Below the pieces are notes generated by a model. That model saw nothing but the letters and a program-made list of their open reading frames with translations. It was not told the DNA's origin and made no database searches. The position numbers and the translations under genes are program-made. From Nannocystis bainbridge (GTDB taxonomy: Bacteria; Myxococcota_A; Polyangia; Nannocystales; Nannocystaceae), in contig NZ_JAQNDL010000001.1 of NCBI RefSeq assembly GCF_028368995.1, positions 2,464,001 to 2,528,000 on the forward strand: a stretch of DNA of 64,000 nt, given 5' to 3'. Shown in pieces: positions 1-12,171 of the stretch. Each line of letters starts with the position of its first letter. Positions within the stretch are counted from its first letter, which is position 1.

Positions 1-952
1 AGCCGAGAAGCCCGCCCTGCCGGCGACGCAGGGCGCTGCCCCGACGATCCCGGTCCCGAGCAACAAGGGCCCCGCGCCGCAGCCGGGCGTCAAGGCCGGC
101 GCGCGCGACCTCTCGATCGAGCGCTACGTCGGCACCGCGCTGCCCAAGCAGGAGGCCGAGCTCGGCCCGCGCATGAGCGGCACGCTCGCCTCGGTCGACG
201 TCGAGGAGGGGCAGCAGGTCAAGAAGGGCCAGGTGCTGTTCCGCCTCGACGCGCGCTCGACCCGGCTCGGCGTCAGCCAGGCCGAGACCGGCCTGCAGGG
301 GGCTCAGATCGCCCGCGACAACGCCAAGCGCGAGCTCGAGCGGCAGCAGCAGCTGGCGGCCAAGGGCACCATCGCCGCGGCTGTGCTCGAGCGGGCCGAG
401 TCGGCCTTCAACAGCGCCGAGAACGGCGTCAGCCAGGCCAGCGTCGCCCTCTCGATGGCCCGCCGCGGCACCGCCGACTCGGCCGTCGTCTCGCCGATTG
501 ACGGCCTCGTCGCCCACAAGTTCAAGGACGTCGGCGAGACGGTGACGATGATGCCGCCGACCATCGTCGTCGTGATCCAGGACCAATCTGTCCTCGAGGT
601 CAGGACACGAATCCCCGAGGCCGCGCTGCGGCTCGTCCACGTCGGCGACCAGGTCACCGCCCACTTCTCCGCGCTCGGCATCTCGCGCGAGGCCAAGGTC
701 GTGCGCGTCCAGCCGACCGTCGACGCCGCCACGCGCACGATCGAGATCGTCACCGACGTCGAGAACAAGGACGGCATCCTGCGCCCCGGCATGTACGTCG
801 AGCTCGAGCTGCGCCCGCCGCTCGCCTCGGTGCTCCCGGGCGCCGAGGGCGACGCGCCCGCGCCCGCGCCCGAGGGCAAGGCCGAGGTGGCCAAGGCGAA
901 ACCGGGCAAGAAGGCCCCGAGCGACCCCCCGCCGGCCGCCGGCACTCACTGA
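1..952 (+). CDS. RND efflux periplasmic adaptor (MFP), 5'-truncated by the window edge
   Basis: Frame open from base 2. Lipoyl-like half motifs (VEEGQQVKKGQVLFRLD; VVSPIDGLV), coiled hairpin and LRPGMYV; directly upstream of the RND gene. Confidence 0.9.
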   Translation, partial: AEKPALPATQGAAPTIPVPSNKGPAPQPGVKAGARDLSIERYVGTALPKQEAELGPRMSGTLASVDVEEGQQVKKGQVLFRLDARSTRLGVSQAETGLQGAQIARDNAKRELERQQQLAAKGTIAAAVLERAESAFNSAENGVSQASVALSMARRGTADSAVVSPIDGLVAHKFKDVGETVTMMPPTIVVVIQDQSVLEVRTRIPEAALRLVHVGDQVTAHFSALGISREAKVVRVQPTVDAATRTIEIVTDVENKDGILRPGMYVELELRPPLASVLPGAEGDAPAPAPEGKAEVAKAKPGKKAPSDPPPAAGTH

Positions 953-963
953 GGTCCCCCGCC

Positions 964-3900
964 ATGCTGCTCGCCGAAGTCTCGATCCGCCGCTCCATCT
1001 TCGCGACGATGCTGATCGCCGCGCTGATGGTGTTCGGCTTCTTCAGCTTGCCGCGCATCGGCGTCGAGCTGTTCCCGAACGTCGAGTTCCCGGTCGTGAC
1101 CGCGACCGTCGTCTACCCGGGCGCCGACCCGGAGACGATGGAGACCAAGGTCGCCGACCCGATCGAGGAGGCGCTGCAGTCGATCAGCGGCGTCAAGCGC
1201 ATGACCTCGCGCAACCTCGAGGCCGTCACCCAGGTGGTGATGGAGTTCGAGCTCGAGGTCGACGGCAACCAGGCGCTGCAGGACGTCCGCGACAAGATCT
1301 CGGCGATCGAGCGCGACCTGCCGCAGGGCATCGACCCGCCGGTGGTGCAGAAGTTCGACGTCGGCGCCGCGCCGATCCTCTCGATCGCGCTGGCCGGCGA
1401 CGTGCCGATGGCCGAGATGACGCGGGTCGCCAAGGACGAGGTCAAGCAGCGCATCCAGCAGATCTCGGGCGTCGGCAACGTCGACCTCATCGGCGGCCGC
1501 GAGCGCGAGATCAAGGTCCTCGTCGATCCCGCGCGCATGACCGGCTTCGGCCTCACCGCCGACGACGTCGCCAACGCCGTACGCGCGCAGAGCCTCGAGC
1601 TGCCGGCCGGCTTCATCAAGACCGGCACCAGCGAGCTGACCCTGAAGACCCGCGGCGAGGTCAAGAGCGCCGCCGAGATCGCCGACATCCTGATCCCCGG
1701 CCCGCCCGGCGCGGTGGTCCGGATCCGCGACGTCGCCGAGGTCCTCGACGACGTCGAGGACGCCCGCTCGGCCTCGTTCCTCAACGGCAACGCCGCGCTG
1801 GCGCTGGTCGTCAAGAAGCAGTCCGGCGCCAACGTCGTGTCGCTCGCCGAGCAGGTCCGCGAGGTGCTCGACGAGATGCGCCCCGACCTCGAGCGGCGGG
1901 GCATCACCGCCGCGATCCCGACCGACAACTCGGTGTTCGTCGAGCACGCCATCGGTGACGTCAAGTTCGACCTCATCCTCGGCGCGATCCTCACCATCGT
2001 CATCATCCTCCTGTTCTTGCACGACATCCGCGCAACCTTCATCGCCGCGCTGGCGATCCCGACCAGCATCGTCGCGACGTTCGCGTTCATGCAGTACATG
2101 GGGTTCTCGTTCAACAACATCTCCATGCTGGCGCTGTCGCTGTCGATCGGCATCCTCGTCGACGACGCGATCGTGGTGATCGAGAACATCTACCGCCACC
2201 TCGAGATGGGCAAGCCGCGCATGCGCGCCGCCCTCGACGCGACCAGTGAGATCGGCCTCGCCGTCATCGCCACCACGCTGTCGATCGTCGCGGTGTTCGT
2301 GCCGGTCGCCTACATGAAGGGCATCATCGGCCGGTTCTTCTTCCAGTTCGGCCTGACCGTCTCGGCGGCGGTGCTGATCTCGATGCTGGTGTCGTTCACG
2401 CTGACGCCGATGCTGTCGTCGCGCCTGATGCGGCAGCAGCACGGCCACGCCCCCGGCCTGTTCGCGCGCCTGTTCAACCGCATGTTCGGCGCCGTCGAGC
2501 GCGGCTACGCCGGCGTGCTCCGCTGGTCGCTGCGCTGGCCGTGGACCACCGTCCTCATCGCCCTGCTGTCGCTGTTCGGCTCGTGCGCGCTGGTCACCCG
2601 CGTGCCCGCCGAGTTCCTCCCGCCCGAGGACCAGTCGCAGTTCGCCGTCAACGTCGAGCTGCCGACCGGCACCGCGCTCGAGGCGACCATCGAGACCTCC
2701 GAGGCCGTGGCCGCCGACCTGCGCGCCAACCTGCCGCAGATCAAGGACACCTTCACCACCATCGGCGGCGGCGCCGTCGGCCAGGTCAACCGCGCCCGCA
2801 TCACCGTCACGCTCGAGCGGCCCAAGCAGCGCGGCTTCTCGCAGCAGGACGCCATGAAGTGGACCCGCGAGCGCCTCGCCGGGGTCGAGGGCGCGATGTT
2901 CACGGTCGACCAGCTCGACCCGTTCGGCAACGACGGCGGCTTCCGCAGCCAGCCGATCCAGTTCTCGATCCGCGGCACCGACCTCGACGAGGTCGTCGCC
3001 GCCGCCGAGGCGCTCAGGGGCCAGCTCGCCGAGACCGGCAAGTTCGTCGACCTCGACACCTCGTACCGCGGCGGCAAGCCCGAGGTCGCGATCGCCGTCG
3101 ACCGCAACAAGGCCGCCGACCTCAGCATCCCGATCGCCTCGATCGCCCGCACCGTGCGCTCGCTGATGGCCGGCGACCCGATCTCCGACCTCAAGGAGGG
3201 CTCGGAGATCTACGACGTCATCCTCTACATGCCCGAGGCGCTGCGCTCGAACTTCGAAGCGCTGAGCAACATCAAGGTCCGCTCGGCCTCGGGTCGCCTG
3301 GTCGACCTGTCGGCGGTGGTCCGCGTCGAGCGCGGCGAGGGCCCCAGCGAGATCGAGCGGCAGAACCGGCTGCGCCAGGTGCTGGTGCTGGCGGCGCTCA
3401 ACGACATCACCCTCGGCGAGGCCCAGGAGGTCGTCAGCGACGCCGCCAAGCGGGTCGTGCCGTCCAAGCTGCAGACCAGCTTCATGGGCGACGCCGAGGT
3501 CATGCAGGAGTCGTTCGAGTCGATGATCTTCGCCCTCCTGCTGGCGATCATCCTCGTCTACATGATCCTCGCGGCCCAGTTCGACAGCCTGATCCAGCCG
3601 ATCACGATCATGGTCTCGCTGCCGCTGTCGGTGGTCGGTGCGTTCGGCGGCATCTACCTCGCCGGGATGTCGCTCAACATCTTCTCGTTCATCGGCCTCA
3701 TCATGCTGATGGGCCTCGTCACCAAGACGGCGATCTTGCTGGTCGACTTCGCCAACAGCGAGCGCGAGAAGGGCGCCGTCCTCACCGAGGCGCTGGTCCA
3801 GGCCGGCACCATCCGCCTGCGCCCGATCGTCATGACCGCGGCGGCCACCATCTTCGGCATGGTCCCCGTCGCCCTGGCCCTCGGCGAGGGCGGTGAGACC

Positions 3901-4245
3901 CGCGCGCCGATGGCCGTCATCGTCATCGGCGGCATGATCACCTCGACCGTCCTCACCCTCGTCGTCGTCCCCGTCGTCTATATGCTGTTCGACCGCATGG
4001 TCACCAGCCGGTCGATGCGCTGGATCAGCTTCAAGTTCTTCGGCGTCGACGCCACCAAGCCGGCCGAGAGCCTCGACGACCCGCTCCCCACGGCGCACGC
4101 TCCGGTTTCGGCTCCGGCTCCGGCCGCGCCGCCCGATCTGGTCATGCCCCCGCTCGTGGCCCCGCCGCCGGCCGCCGACGACTTCGAGATCGAGCGCGAG
4201 GTGGTGTTCCCCCACCTCCGCCGCGTCACCAAGCCGCCGGAGTGA
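964..4245 (+). CDS. RND efflux transporter permease (AcrB/HAE1 family)
   Basis: 1093 aa with [22 protein letters not shown] and a 12-TM pattern; Pro-rich C-terminal tail. Confidence 0.96.
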   Translation: MLLAEVSIRRSIFATMLIAALMVFGFFSLPRIGVELFPNVEFPVVTATVVYPGADPETMETKVADPIEEALQSISGVKRMTSRNLEAVTQVVMEFELEVDGNQALQDVRDKISAIERDLPQGIDPPVVQKFDVGAAPILSIALAGDVPMAEMTRVAKDEVKQRIQQISGVGNVDLIGGREREIKVLVDPARMTGFGLTADDVANAVRAQSLELPAGFIKTGTSELTLKTRGEVKSAAEIADILIPGPPGAVVRIRDVAEVLDDVEDARSASFLNGNAALALVVKKQSGANVVSLAEQVREVLDEMRPDLERRGITAAIPTDNSVFVEHAIGDVKFDLILGAILTIVIILLFLHDIRATFIAALAIPTSIVATFAFMQYMGFSFNNISMLALSLSIGILVDDAIVVIENIYRHLEMGKPRMRAALDATSEIGLAVIATTLSIVAVFVPVAYMKGIIGRFFFQFGLTVSAAVLISMLVSFTLTPMLSSRLMRQQHGHAPGLFARLFNRMFGAVERGYAGVLRWSLRWPWTTVLIALLSLFGSCALVTRVPAEFLPPEDQSQFAVNVELPTGTALEATIETSEAVAADLRANLPQIKDTFTTIGGGAVGQVNRARITVTLERPKQRGFSQQDAMKWTRERLAGVEGAMFTVDQLDPFGNDGGFRSQPIQFSIRGTDLDEVVAAAEALRGQLAETGKFVDLDTSYRGGKPEVAIAVDRNKAADLSIPIASIARTVRSLMAGDPISDLKEGSEIYDVILYMPEALRSNFEALSNIKVRSASGRLVDLSAVVRVERGEGPSEIERQNRLRQVLVLAALNDITLGEAQEVVSDAAKRVVPSKLQTSFMGDAEVMQESFESMIFALLLAIILVYMILAAQFDSLIQPITIMVSLPLSVVGAFGGIYLAGMSLNIFSFIGLIMLMGLVTKTAILLVDFANSEREKGAVLTEALVQAGTIRLRPIVMTAAATIFGMVPVALALGEGGETRAPMAVIVIGGMITSTVLTLVVVPVVYMLFDRMVTSRSMRWISFKFFGVDATKPAESLDDPLPTAHAPVSAPAPAAPPDLVMPPLVAPPPAADDFEIEREVVFPHLRRVTKPPE

Positions 4246-4254
4246 GCGGTCCGG

Positions 4255-4306
4255 TCACCTTCCCTTTCGCACAGGTTCTTTCGTACAGGACTCTTCCGCC
4301 ATGTCG
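4255..4306. repeat. 14-bp-period palindromic decamer array (4 units) overlapping the RBS and start codon of the TolC gene
   Basis: Cores CCTT 4258, CAGG 4272, CAGG 4286, CATG 4300. Confidence 0.6.
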
Positions 4307-5899
4307 CTTGTTTGGTCCGTCGCTCTGACGCTGATGGCCCCGGCCCCGCAGGGCCCCCCGCCGCCGCCCACCCGCCAAGTCCCCGCCGCCGCCGACGCGG
4401 CCGTGTTCGACGCCACCGCCTACCTGCGCGACGGCCCGCTCGCCGACGCGCTCGCGCCGAAGCCCGGCGGCCTCACGGCCGACAAGGTCGCGGTGCAGGC
4501 GATCGCCGAGTCACCGTCGGTCGCCGCCAAGGAGGCCCAGATCCAGGCCGCCGCGGCCAAGCTCGATCAGACGATGATCGCCTTCCTGCCGCAGCTCTCG
4601 GGCAAGGCCGGCTACACCCGCATGTCCAAGGCCGCGATCGCGTTCGGCGGCGGCTACAGCGTCGGCGCCGCCACGGGCCCCGAGGCCGGCGGCGACCCGA
4701 TCCCGATCGGCATCGGCCCGTGCGCCATGGGCTCGCCGCAGATGTGCACGGTCGATCCGAACACCGGCCAGCCGCTCACCCTCGTGGTCGCGCCGCCGTT
4801 CAAGATCCAGATCCCGCTCAACTCCTACTCGCTGCAGGCCCAGCTGGCGGTCCCGATCTCGGACTACATCCTCTCGCTGCTGCCGGCCAAGCGCGGCTCC
4901 GAGACCCGCCGCGACGCCGTCGCCCTCGCCCGCGACGCCGAGCGCGTCAAGGTCGAGACCGACGCCCGCCTCGCCTACTACAACTGGCTGCGCACGATCG
5001 CCTCGGTGGTCGCCGTCGAGGACTCGCTGCGCCGCGTCAAGGCGCGCGCGCTCGACGTCGAGAACCTGTTCCACGCCGGCAGCGCGACCAAGGCCGAGGT
5101 GATGCGCCTGGCCGCCCAGATCGCCCAGATCGAGCAGGCGATCAACGACGCCCAGGTGTTCCGCGCGACCGCGGAGCAGGGCCTGGCGATCATGCTCAAC
5201 GACCAGGGCATCGACTTCGTGCCCGGCGAGGACGTGATCGAGCTGCCGCCCGACATGGCCGACATCGGCAACCTCGAGGGCCTGATCCGCGAGGCGCAGA
5301 GCAAGCGGCTCGAGCTGAAGTCGATGGAGAAGAGCATCGGCGCGGTCGACTACGGCATCAAGGCGACCCGCGCCGGCTACTTCCCGCGCCTCGACGCCTT
5401 CGCCGAGGCGACCTACGCCAACCCGAACCAGCGGTTCTTCCCGCTGGCGCCGGTGTGGCGCGGGTCGTGGTCGGTCGGCGCGCAGCTGACCTACTCGCTC
5501 AACTCGGCCCTGCGCACGCGCGCCGAGATCCGCGAGTACAAGGCCAACAAGCGCGAGCTGATGGCCCAGATCGAGCTCCTGCGCCGCGGGATCGCCATGG
5601 AGGTCACCCAGGCCTTCCTCGCCCGCAACAAGGCCATCGCCGACATCGAGCTCAGCGCCCGCACGCTCGAGTCCGCGGTCGAGGCCTACCGCGTCGCCTC
5701 CGAGCTGTTCGCCGCCGGCTCGGCGACCACCAACGACATCATCGACGCCGAGGCCGACCAGCTGACGGCGATCCTGCGGATCGTCAACTCGCGCATCGAC
5801 CTCCGCACCGCCAACGCGCGCCTGCTCTACGCCACCGGCCGCATCAAGCCCAACACCGTCCAGGTCTACGACACCCGCGACAAGGCGACCCGCGGGTAG
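4301..5899 (+). CDS. TolC-family outer membrane efflux protein
   Basis: Signal peptide, two OEP-like helical repeats (AFLPQLS; AGYFPRLD); third gene of the RND operon. Confidence 0.9.
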   Translation: MSLVWSVALTLMAPAPQGPPPPPTRQVPAAADAAVFDATAYLRDGPLADALAPKPGGLTADKVAVQAIAESPSVAAKEAQIQAAAAKLDQTMIAFLPQLSGKAGYTRMSKAAIAFGGGYSVGAATGPEAGGDPIPIGIGPCAMGSPQMCTVDPNTGQPLTLVVAPPFKIQIPLNSYSLQAQLAVPISDYILSLLPAKRGSETRRDAVALARDAERVKVETDARLAYYNWLRTIASVVAVEDSLRRVKARALDVENLFHAGSATKAEVMRLAAQIAQIEQAINDAQVFRATAEQGLAIMLNDQGIDFVPGEDVIELPPDMADIGNLEGLIREAQSKRLELKSMEKSIGAVDYGIKATRAGYFPRLDAFAEATYANPNQRFFPLAPVWRGSWSVGAQLTYSLNSALRTRAEIREYKANKRELMAQIELLRRGIAMEVTQAFLARNKAIADIELSARTLESAVEAYRVASELFAAGSATTNDIIDAEADQLTAILRIVNSRIDLRTANARLLYATGRIKPNTVQVYDTRDKATRG

Positions 5900-5917
5900 C
5901 GCCCGCGCGAACGACTG

Positions 5918-5986
5918 AAGGGGCATGTCCGTACGGACATGCCCCTTTTGCCATGTCTGAACGGACATGCCCTCGCGGACATGCCC
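5918..5986. repeat. 14-bp-period palindromic decamer array (5 units) between convergent tolC-like gene and obgE
   Basis: CATG at 5924, 5938, 5952, 5966, 5980; 5918-5947 is a perfect 30-nt palindrome. Confidence 0.9.
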
Positions 5987-5995
5987 GCCGGACCG

Positions 5996-7222
5996 CTAGC
6001 CCTCGGTCGGCGCCGGGCCGGTGACGGTGCCGCGGCGGACCATGTCGACGCGGCGCCACAGCGCCTCGAGCAGCTCCGGCACGCCCTCGCCGGTGCGCGC
6101 CGAGATCGGGAACAGCGGGATGCCCTGGGTCCGCAGCAGCTTGCGCAGCGGCCCCACCACCTCCTGACCCTCCGGCGTGTCGATCTTGTTGAGCGCGACC
6201 ACCCGCGGGCGGCCGTCGAACATCGAGCCGTACTGCCCGAGCTCCTTCTCGAGCGCCTTGAGGTCGGCCATCGGGTCGCGGCCAGGCGTCGGGTCGGGCG
6301 AGAGCAGGTGCAGCAGCACGCGCGTGCGCTCGAGGTGGCGCAGGAAGTCGAGGCCGAGGCCGCGTCCCTCGCTGGCGCCGTGGATGAGGCCCGGCACGTC
6401 GGCGACCACGAGCGAGCGCTCGCCGGCCAGCGCGACCACGCCGAGCTGCGGCACCAGGGTGGTGAACGGGTAGTCGGCGACCTTCGGGCGCGCGCGGCTG
6501 ATCGCGCGGATGAAGGTCGACTTGCCGACGTTGGGGAAGCCGACGATGCCGACGTCGGCCAGCAGCTTGAGCTCGAGGCGCAGCCAGTACGCCTCGCCGC
6601 CGACGCCAGGCTCGGCGAAGTCGGGCGCGCGGTTGGTCGAGGTGCGGAAGTGGACGTTGCCGCGGCCGCCGAGGCCGCCGTGGGCCACGATCAGCTCCTG
6701 CCCGTGGAACGTCAGGTCGCCGAGCTGCTCCCCGGCCTCGAGCTCCGTCTCGCGCCGGTCCTTCTCGGCCTGCGCGCGGCGGATCGGCCCCGACTTCTGC
6801 GCCCGCACCGGCTCCGGGATGTCGGTGCCGTCGTCGGTCCAGGCGATCGCGCCGATCTCGTCGAGCTCCTCGCCGACGTCGTCGGCCAGCCACGGCGGCC
6901 GCTCGCCGGGCTCGCCCGCCAGCGCCTCGAAGAACACCGTGGTGCCGACCGGCACGCGGATCCGGAGGTCGTTGCCCGAGCGGCCCGTCATCTTGTTCGG
7001 CCCGCCGGGGCGGCCGATCTCGGCCGCGAAGTGCTGGCGAAATTTGAGGTCCAGCAGCGTCGTCAAATGATCGTCGGCGACAAAGACGACATCGCCGCCC
7101 TTGCCGCCGTCACCGCCCGCGGGACCCCCGTCGGGCACGAACTTCTCACGGCGCCAGCCGACCAGCCCGTCGCCGCCTCGCCCTGCGCGGACGACGATCC
7201 GGACCTGGTCGATGAAGCGCAT
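5996..7222 (-). CDS. obgE: GTPase ObgE/CgtA
   Basis: Gly-rich Obg fold, G1 GFPNVGKS, YPFTTL, DVPG, NKID; adjacent to rpmA and rplU. Confidence 0.97.
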   Translation of the reverse strand: MRFIDQVRIVVRAGRGGDGLVGWRREKFVPDGGPAGGDGGKGGDVVFVADDHLTTLLDLKFRQHFAAEIGRPGGPNKMTGRSGNDLRIRVPVGTTVFFEALAGEPGERPPWLADDVGEELDEIGAIAWTDDGTDIPEPVRAQKSGPIRRAQAEKDRRETELEAGEQLGDLTFHGQELIVAHGGLGGRGNVHFRTSTNRAPDFAEPGVGGEAYWLRLELKLLADVGIVGFPNVGKSTFIRAISRARPKVADYPFTTLVPQLGVVALAGERSLVVADVPGLIHGASEGRGLGLDFLRHLERTRVLLHLLSPDPTPGRDPMADLKALEKELGQYGSMFDGRPRVVALNKIDTPEGQEVVGPLRKLLRTQGIPLFPISARTGEGVPELLEALWRRVDMVRRGTVTGPAPTEG

Positions 7223-7225
7223 CGC

Positions 7226-7516
7226 TCACTCCGCAGCGGCGGCAGCGTCTGCCTGGGCCGCGAGCGGGTCGATGGCGATGAACGCCTTGCGCTCGTGGCC
7301 CCGCTTGTAGAAGCGGACCGTGCCTTCGACCAGCGCGAACAGGGTGTAGTCCTTGCCGGTGCCGACGTTCGGACCAGCGTGGAAGCTGCTGCCGGCCTGA
7401 CGGACCAGGATGTTGCCGGCGCGCACGACTTCGCCGCCGAACCGCTTCACGCCGCGGTTCTGCGAGTTCGAGTCGCGGCCGTTCTTGATCGAACCTTGAC
7501 CTTTTTTATGTGCCAT
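7226..7516 (-). CDS. rpmA: 50S ribosomal protein L27
   Basis: [31 protein letters not shown]. Confidence 0.98.
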   Translation of the reverse strand: MAHKKGQGSIKNGRDSNSQNRGVKRFGGEVVRAGNILVRQAGSSFHAGPNVGTGKDYTLFALVEGTVRFYKRGHERKAFIAIDPLAAQADAAAAAE

Positions 7517-7538
7517 CGTCGTTCTCCAGCGGCGCTGT

Positions 7539-7859
7539 TCAGCCCGTGATCGCGGTGATCTTAACCTCGGTGTAGGCCTGCCGGTGGCCCTGCTTCTTGC
7601 GGTAGTTGGTGCGCTTGCGGAACTTGTAGACGATGAGCTTGGGCCCGCGCCCGTGGCTCACGACCTTGCCCTCGACCTTGGCGCCGTCGACCAGCGGCTT
7701 GCCGATCTTGACGGTCTCGCCCTGGCCGACGAGCAGCACCTCGAAGTTGATGGTGGCGCCGGCTTCCACCGGGAGCTTCTCGACGCGCAGCACCGAGCCG
7801 GTGTTGACGCGGAACTGCCTCCCGCCGGTACGAATGATGGCTTGCTGGTTCTCGGACAC
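7539..7859 (-). CDS. rplU: 50S ribosomal protein L21
   Basis: [12 protein letters not shown] and [10 protein letters not shown]; GTG start inferred at 7859. Confidence 0.96.
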   Translation of the reverse strand: MSENQQAIIRTGGRQFRVNTGSVLRVEKLPVEAGATINFEVLLVGQGETVKIGKPLVDGAKVEGKVVSHGRGPKLIVYKFRKRTNYRKKQGHRQAYTEVKITAITG

Positions 7860-8054
7860 GAAGCGCTCGCACTCTCTGGGGCGATCCGCCCGCCCACGCG
7901 GCAGCCAGATGGTGGCTGCGACCGCCCGGATGCTCTTCGAGACCCTCGCCGGGCGCGAGGGAACAGGCTTATATGCGTGGCCGCAGGGGCCGGTCAAGCC
8001 GCAGAGGCGCGGCGGAGGTCACGCGCACGGCGCGCATGAGCCGCCGCTGCGATC

Positions 8055-9584
8055 CTAGGCCGTGCGCCGGCGGCGGGCCCGATGGCCGAACCACAAGCCG
8101 AGCAGCGGCAGGACGAGCGCGCCGCCCGCCCCCTGGTCCGAGCTGCGGCACTCGCATCCACCCTTGTCGGTGGCGCCGGAGCTGTCGCCGTCGGTGCCCC
8201 CGTCGCTGGCAGATCCCGGGTCCTCGGTGTCGCTGCCGTCGTCGACGCCGGCGGTCTCGTCGCCGGTGTCCGCCTCGCCCTCGCTGCCGCCGTCGGTGGT
8301 GGTCGGCGCCGAGGCGCCGCCGACGACGATCTTCATCTGGTCCTGCACCACGTGCTCGGCGTGGTCCTCGGCCTCGAGTACGACCTCGTAGACGCCGGCC
8401 TGCAGGTTGGTGAAGTACCAGGCGCCGACCTGGTCGTAGTCGACCTCGTCGAGCGCGACCACGCCGTCGCGGCTGACCTTGATGCGCCAGCCGACGCCGC
8501 CGTAGTTGTCGTGGATGTCGGCCTTGATCTCGATGCTCTCGCCGACCTCCAGCTCGAGCAGGTCGCTGTCCGGCAAGAGCTTGACGGTGGGCGGCTCGGT
8601 GTCGGGCTCGGGCGTGCCGAAGATCTTGTTGAGCTCCGCGAGGTCGTTCTGCTGCTCGCTGTCCTCGCCGCAGTAGATCTCGTGGATCAGCCGGCAGCCG
8701 ATGGTGCCGGGCCCCTGGCACTGCTCCTCGCACAGCGCCTGGCAGTTGTCGCCGAAGTGCTTGTTGTTGCCGGCCTGGTAGCTCATGATCCGATCGCCGC
8801 CGAGCGTGTGGTCGAGGCCCCACGCGTGGGCGATCTCCTGGCTGATCGTCGCCGAGCTGCTGTCGAACGCGTAGACCACGTTGCGCTGGTCGCGGTCCTC
8901 GCAGTCGGTCCCGGGGGCGACGCCGCCGGCCGGGTCGCCGATGTTGGTGTCCGTCCACGAGCCGCCGATCATCGCCATCGTGTACGGCACGGTCTTGCTC
9001 GGGCGGTTCAGGTAGAGGACGCGGACCCCGAGCGACTCGAGGTCCTGCTGGACCGCCTGGATCAGGGTCAGCGCGGTCGCCTCGGAGCCGTTGAACACCG
9101 GGTACTTGTGGTTGTGGCGGGCCAGCGTGGACTTGCTCTCGGCCGAGTTGTCGGCGCCCGACTTGAGGATGCCGCCGTTGAAGTTGAGGAACACCGTGCC
9201 CTTGCGCGGGTACTGGTTGCCCTCGATGTCCTCCCAGGCCGGCAGCGGCTTGGGATCGACCTGCTTGAGGCCCTCGGCGATCTCGCGCCGCTGCACGACC
9301 TCGCCGATCTGCACCCACCCCTCGGGCAGCTTGCCGGGCGCCAGCGGCTCCGACGCGCGCGCGCTCAGGGGCGGCGCGTCCAGCTGCGACAGGTCCGGCT
9401 GCTCGACCGGCTCGGCCACGAACTTGCCACCCGCCTGCAACACCTCTCGCATGTCGTAGTGATGCGCGCCGGTGACCATCTTCGCGTACGGGTCGTACCG
9501 CTCGCCGTCGGCGGCCGCGGCGACCGCCGGCAACCCGGCCGTCACGCCGCAGAGGAGGAGAATTGCGTCTGCCTTCAAAGCCAT
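8055..9584 (-). CDS. Secreted metzincin-like protein (QExxH variant) with Ig-like domain and MYXO-CTERM anchor
   Basis: Signal peptide, QEIAHAWGLDH plus Met-turn (IMSY), acidic linker, tail GGCEC...hydrophobic...RARRRR. Confidence 0.75.
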   Translation of the reverse strand: MALKADAILLLCGVTAGLPAVAAAADGERYDPYAKMVTGAHHYDMREVLQAGGKFVAEPVEQPDLSQLDAPPLSARASEPLAPGKLPEGWVQIGEVVQRREIAEGLKQVDPKPLPAWEDIEGNQYPRKGTVFLNFNGGILKSGADNSAESKSTLARHNHKYPVFNGSEATALTLIQAVQQDLESLGVRVLYLNRPSKTVPYTMAMIGGSWTDTNIGDPAGGVAPGTDCEDRDQRNVVYAFDSSSATISQEIAHAWGLDHTLGGDRIMSYQAGNNKHFGDNCQALCEEQCQGPGTIGCRLIHEIYCGEDSEQQNDLAELNKIFGTPEPDTEPPTVKLLPDSDLLELEVGESIEIKADIHDNYGGVGWRIKVSRDGVVALDEVDYDQVGAWYFTNLQAGVYEVVLEAEDHAEHVVQDQMKIVVGGASAPTTTDGGSEGEADTGDETAGVDDGSDTEDPGSASDGGTDGDSSGATDKGGCECRSSDQGAGGALVLPLLGLWFGHRARRRRTA

Positions 9585-9731
9585 GACTCCGCTCCTGCTG
9601 CCCGCCGAGGCGAGCTACGAGAACCCATCATACGAACATTCCCCGCGGGCACGCGTGGCGAGATGCACGCTCTTTCCGATTTTTCGCTAAACTCTGGGTC
9701 CACCCCGGACAATGTAGGATAAATCGTACCC

Positions 9732-10349
9732 ATGACTACCCTACAGCCTTCGACCGCGCCGCGAGCCCTTCGGGGCCTCCGCCATGCGCGCTGGACCGTT
9801 GTTTGGATGTTGCTGGGGACTGCGCTGCACGTCCCTGGCTGTGCCACCTCACGCCTGGAGGCGGCGCGATCTCCCGCCGGGGCGGCCGCGGAGCCAGGCG
9901 GCGGCGAGGCCTGCGAACGCTGGCCTTCGGGGCAGCGCGACCAGATCGCGGCGGTCCAGCCGCACGTGCAGTCGGCCGCGCGCAAGCACAAGCTCGACCC
10001 GCGGCTCATCAACGCGGTGATCTGGGTCGAGAGCAAGTTCAACGCCCGCGCGCGCGGCCCGGGCGGCACGCAGGGGCTCATGCAGCTGATGCCGTCGACC
10101 GCGCGCGAGCTGGCGAGCAGCCTCGGCGAGCGCTCGCGCCCGCTCGACGCCGGCTTCAACGTGCGCGCCGGCAGCCTCTATCTGGCGCGGATGATCCGCA
10201 AGTTCGACGGCAGCACCGAGCTCGGGCTGGCCGCCTACCACGGCGGCCCGGGGCACGTGCTCAAGTGGCGCAAGGCCGGCCGGCGCGGCGTGCCCGAGGG
10301 CAGCAAGAAGTACGTCGAGAAGATCCTCGCGGCCAAGAAGATGTTCTGA
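9732..10349 (+). CDS. Lytic transglycosylase (SLT domain), probable lipoprotein
   Basis: VIWVES (catalytic Glu), GLMQLMP, LAAYHGGPG. Confidence 0.9.
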   Translation: MTTLQPSTAPRALRGLRHARWTVVWMLLGTALHVPGCATSRLEAARSPAGAAAEPGGGEACERWPSGQRDQIAAVQPHVQSAARKHKLDPRLINAVIWVESKFNARARGPGGTQGLMQLMPSTARELASSLGERSRPLDAGFNVRAGSLYLARMIRKFDGSTELGLAAYHGGPGHVLKWRKAGRRGVPEGSKKYVEKILAAKKMF

Positions 10350-10444
10350 GGGCCCTGCCCTCACGGACAGGACCCTCAGGACAGGGCGGTTACGACATAT
10401 CCGCGAGAACATGTCCACAAGGACATGTCGCGGCAGACAGCCGG
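10337..10444. repeat. 14-bp-period palindromic decamer array (8 units) between convergent SLT and ABC-F genes
   Basis: Cores at 10340, 10354, 10368, 10382, 10396, 10410, 10424, 10438 (GATG, CCTG, CAGG, CAGG, CATA, CATG, CATG, CAGC). Confidence 0.85.
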
Positions 10445-10445
10445 C

Positions 10446-12053
<1,608 letters not shown>

Positions 12054-12171
12054 CGCTGGCTTCCTCGCAAATAACCTCGTTCAGGGCCGCGCTCCGATCG
12101 ACGACGATCGCAAAGCGCGAAGGGCCCCGAGGCCGCACGCCGCTTGCCGGGCGCGCCGGTGCGTGGTTAGC

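Noticed and set aside
946-4215. Long antisense and alternate-frame ORFs (also 30474-33746, 35685-37820, 38109-40406 and the N-terminal part of 52572-55658)
   Set aside because: These are shadow ORFs caused by high GC3 in genuine genes and have no family motifs.
5918-5986. CATG arrays as CRISPR
   Set aside because: The period is only 14 bp, there are no unique 25-45 bp spacers and no cas genes.
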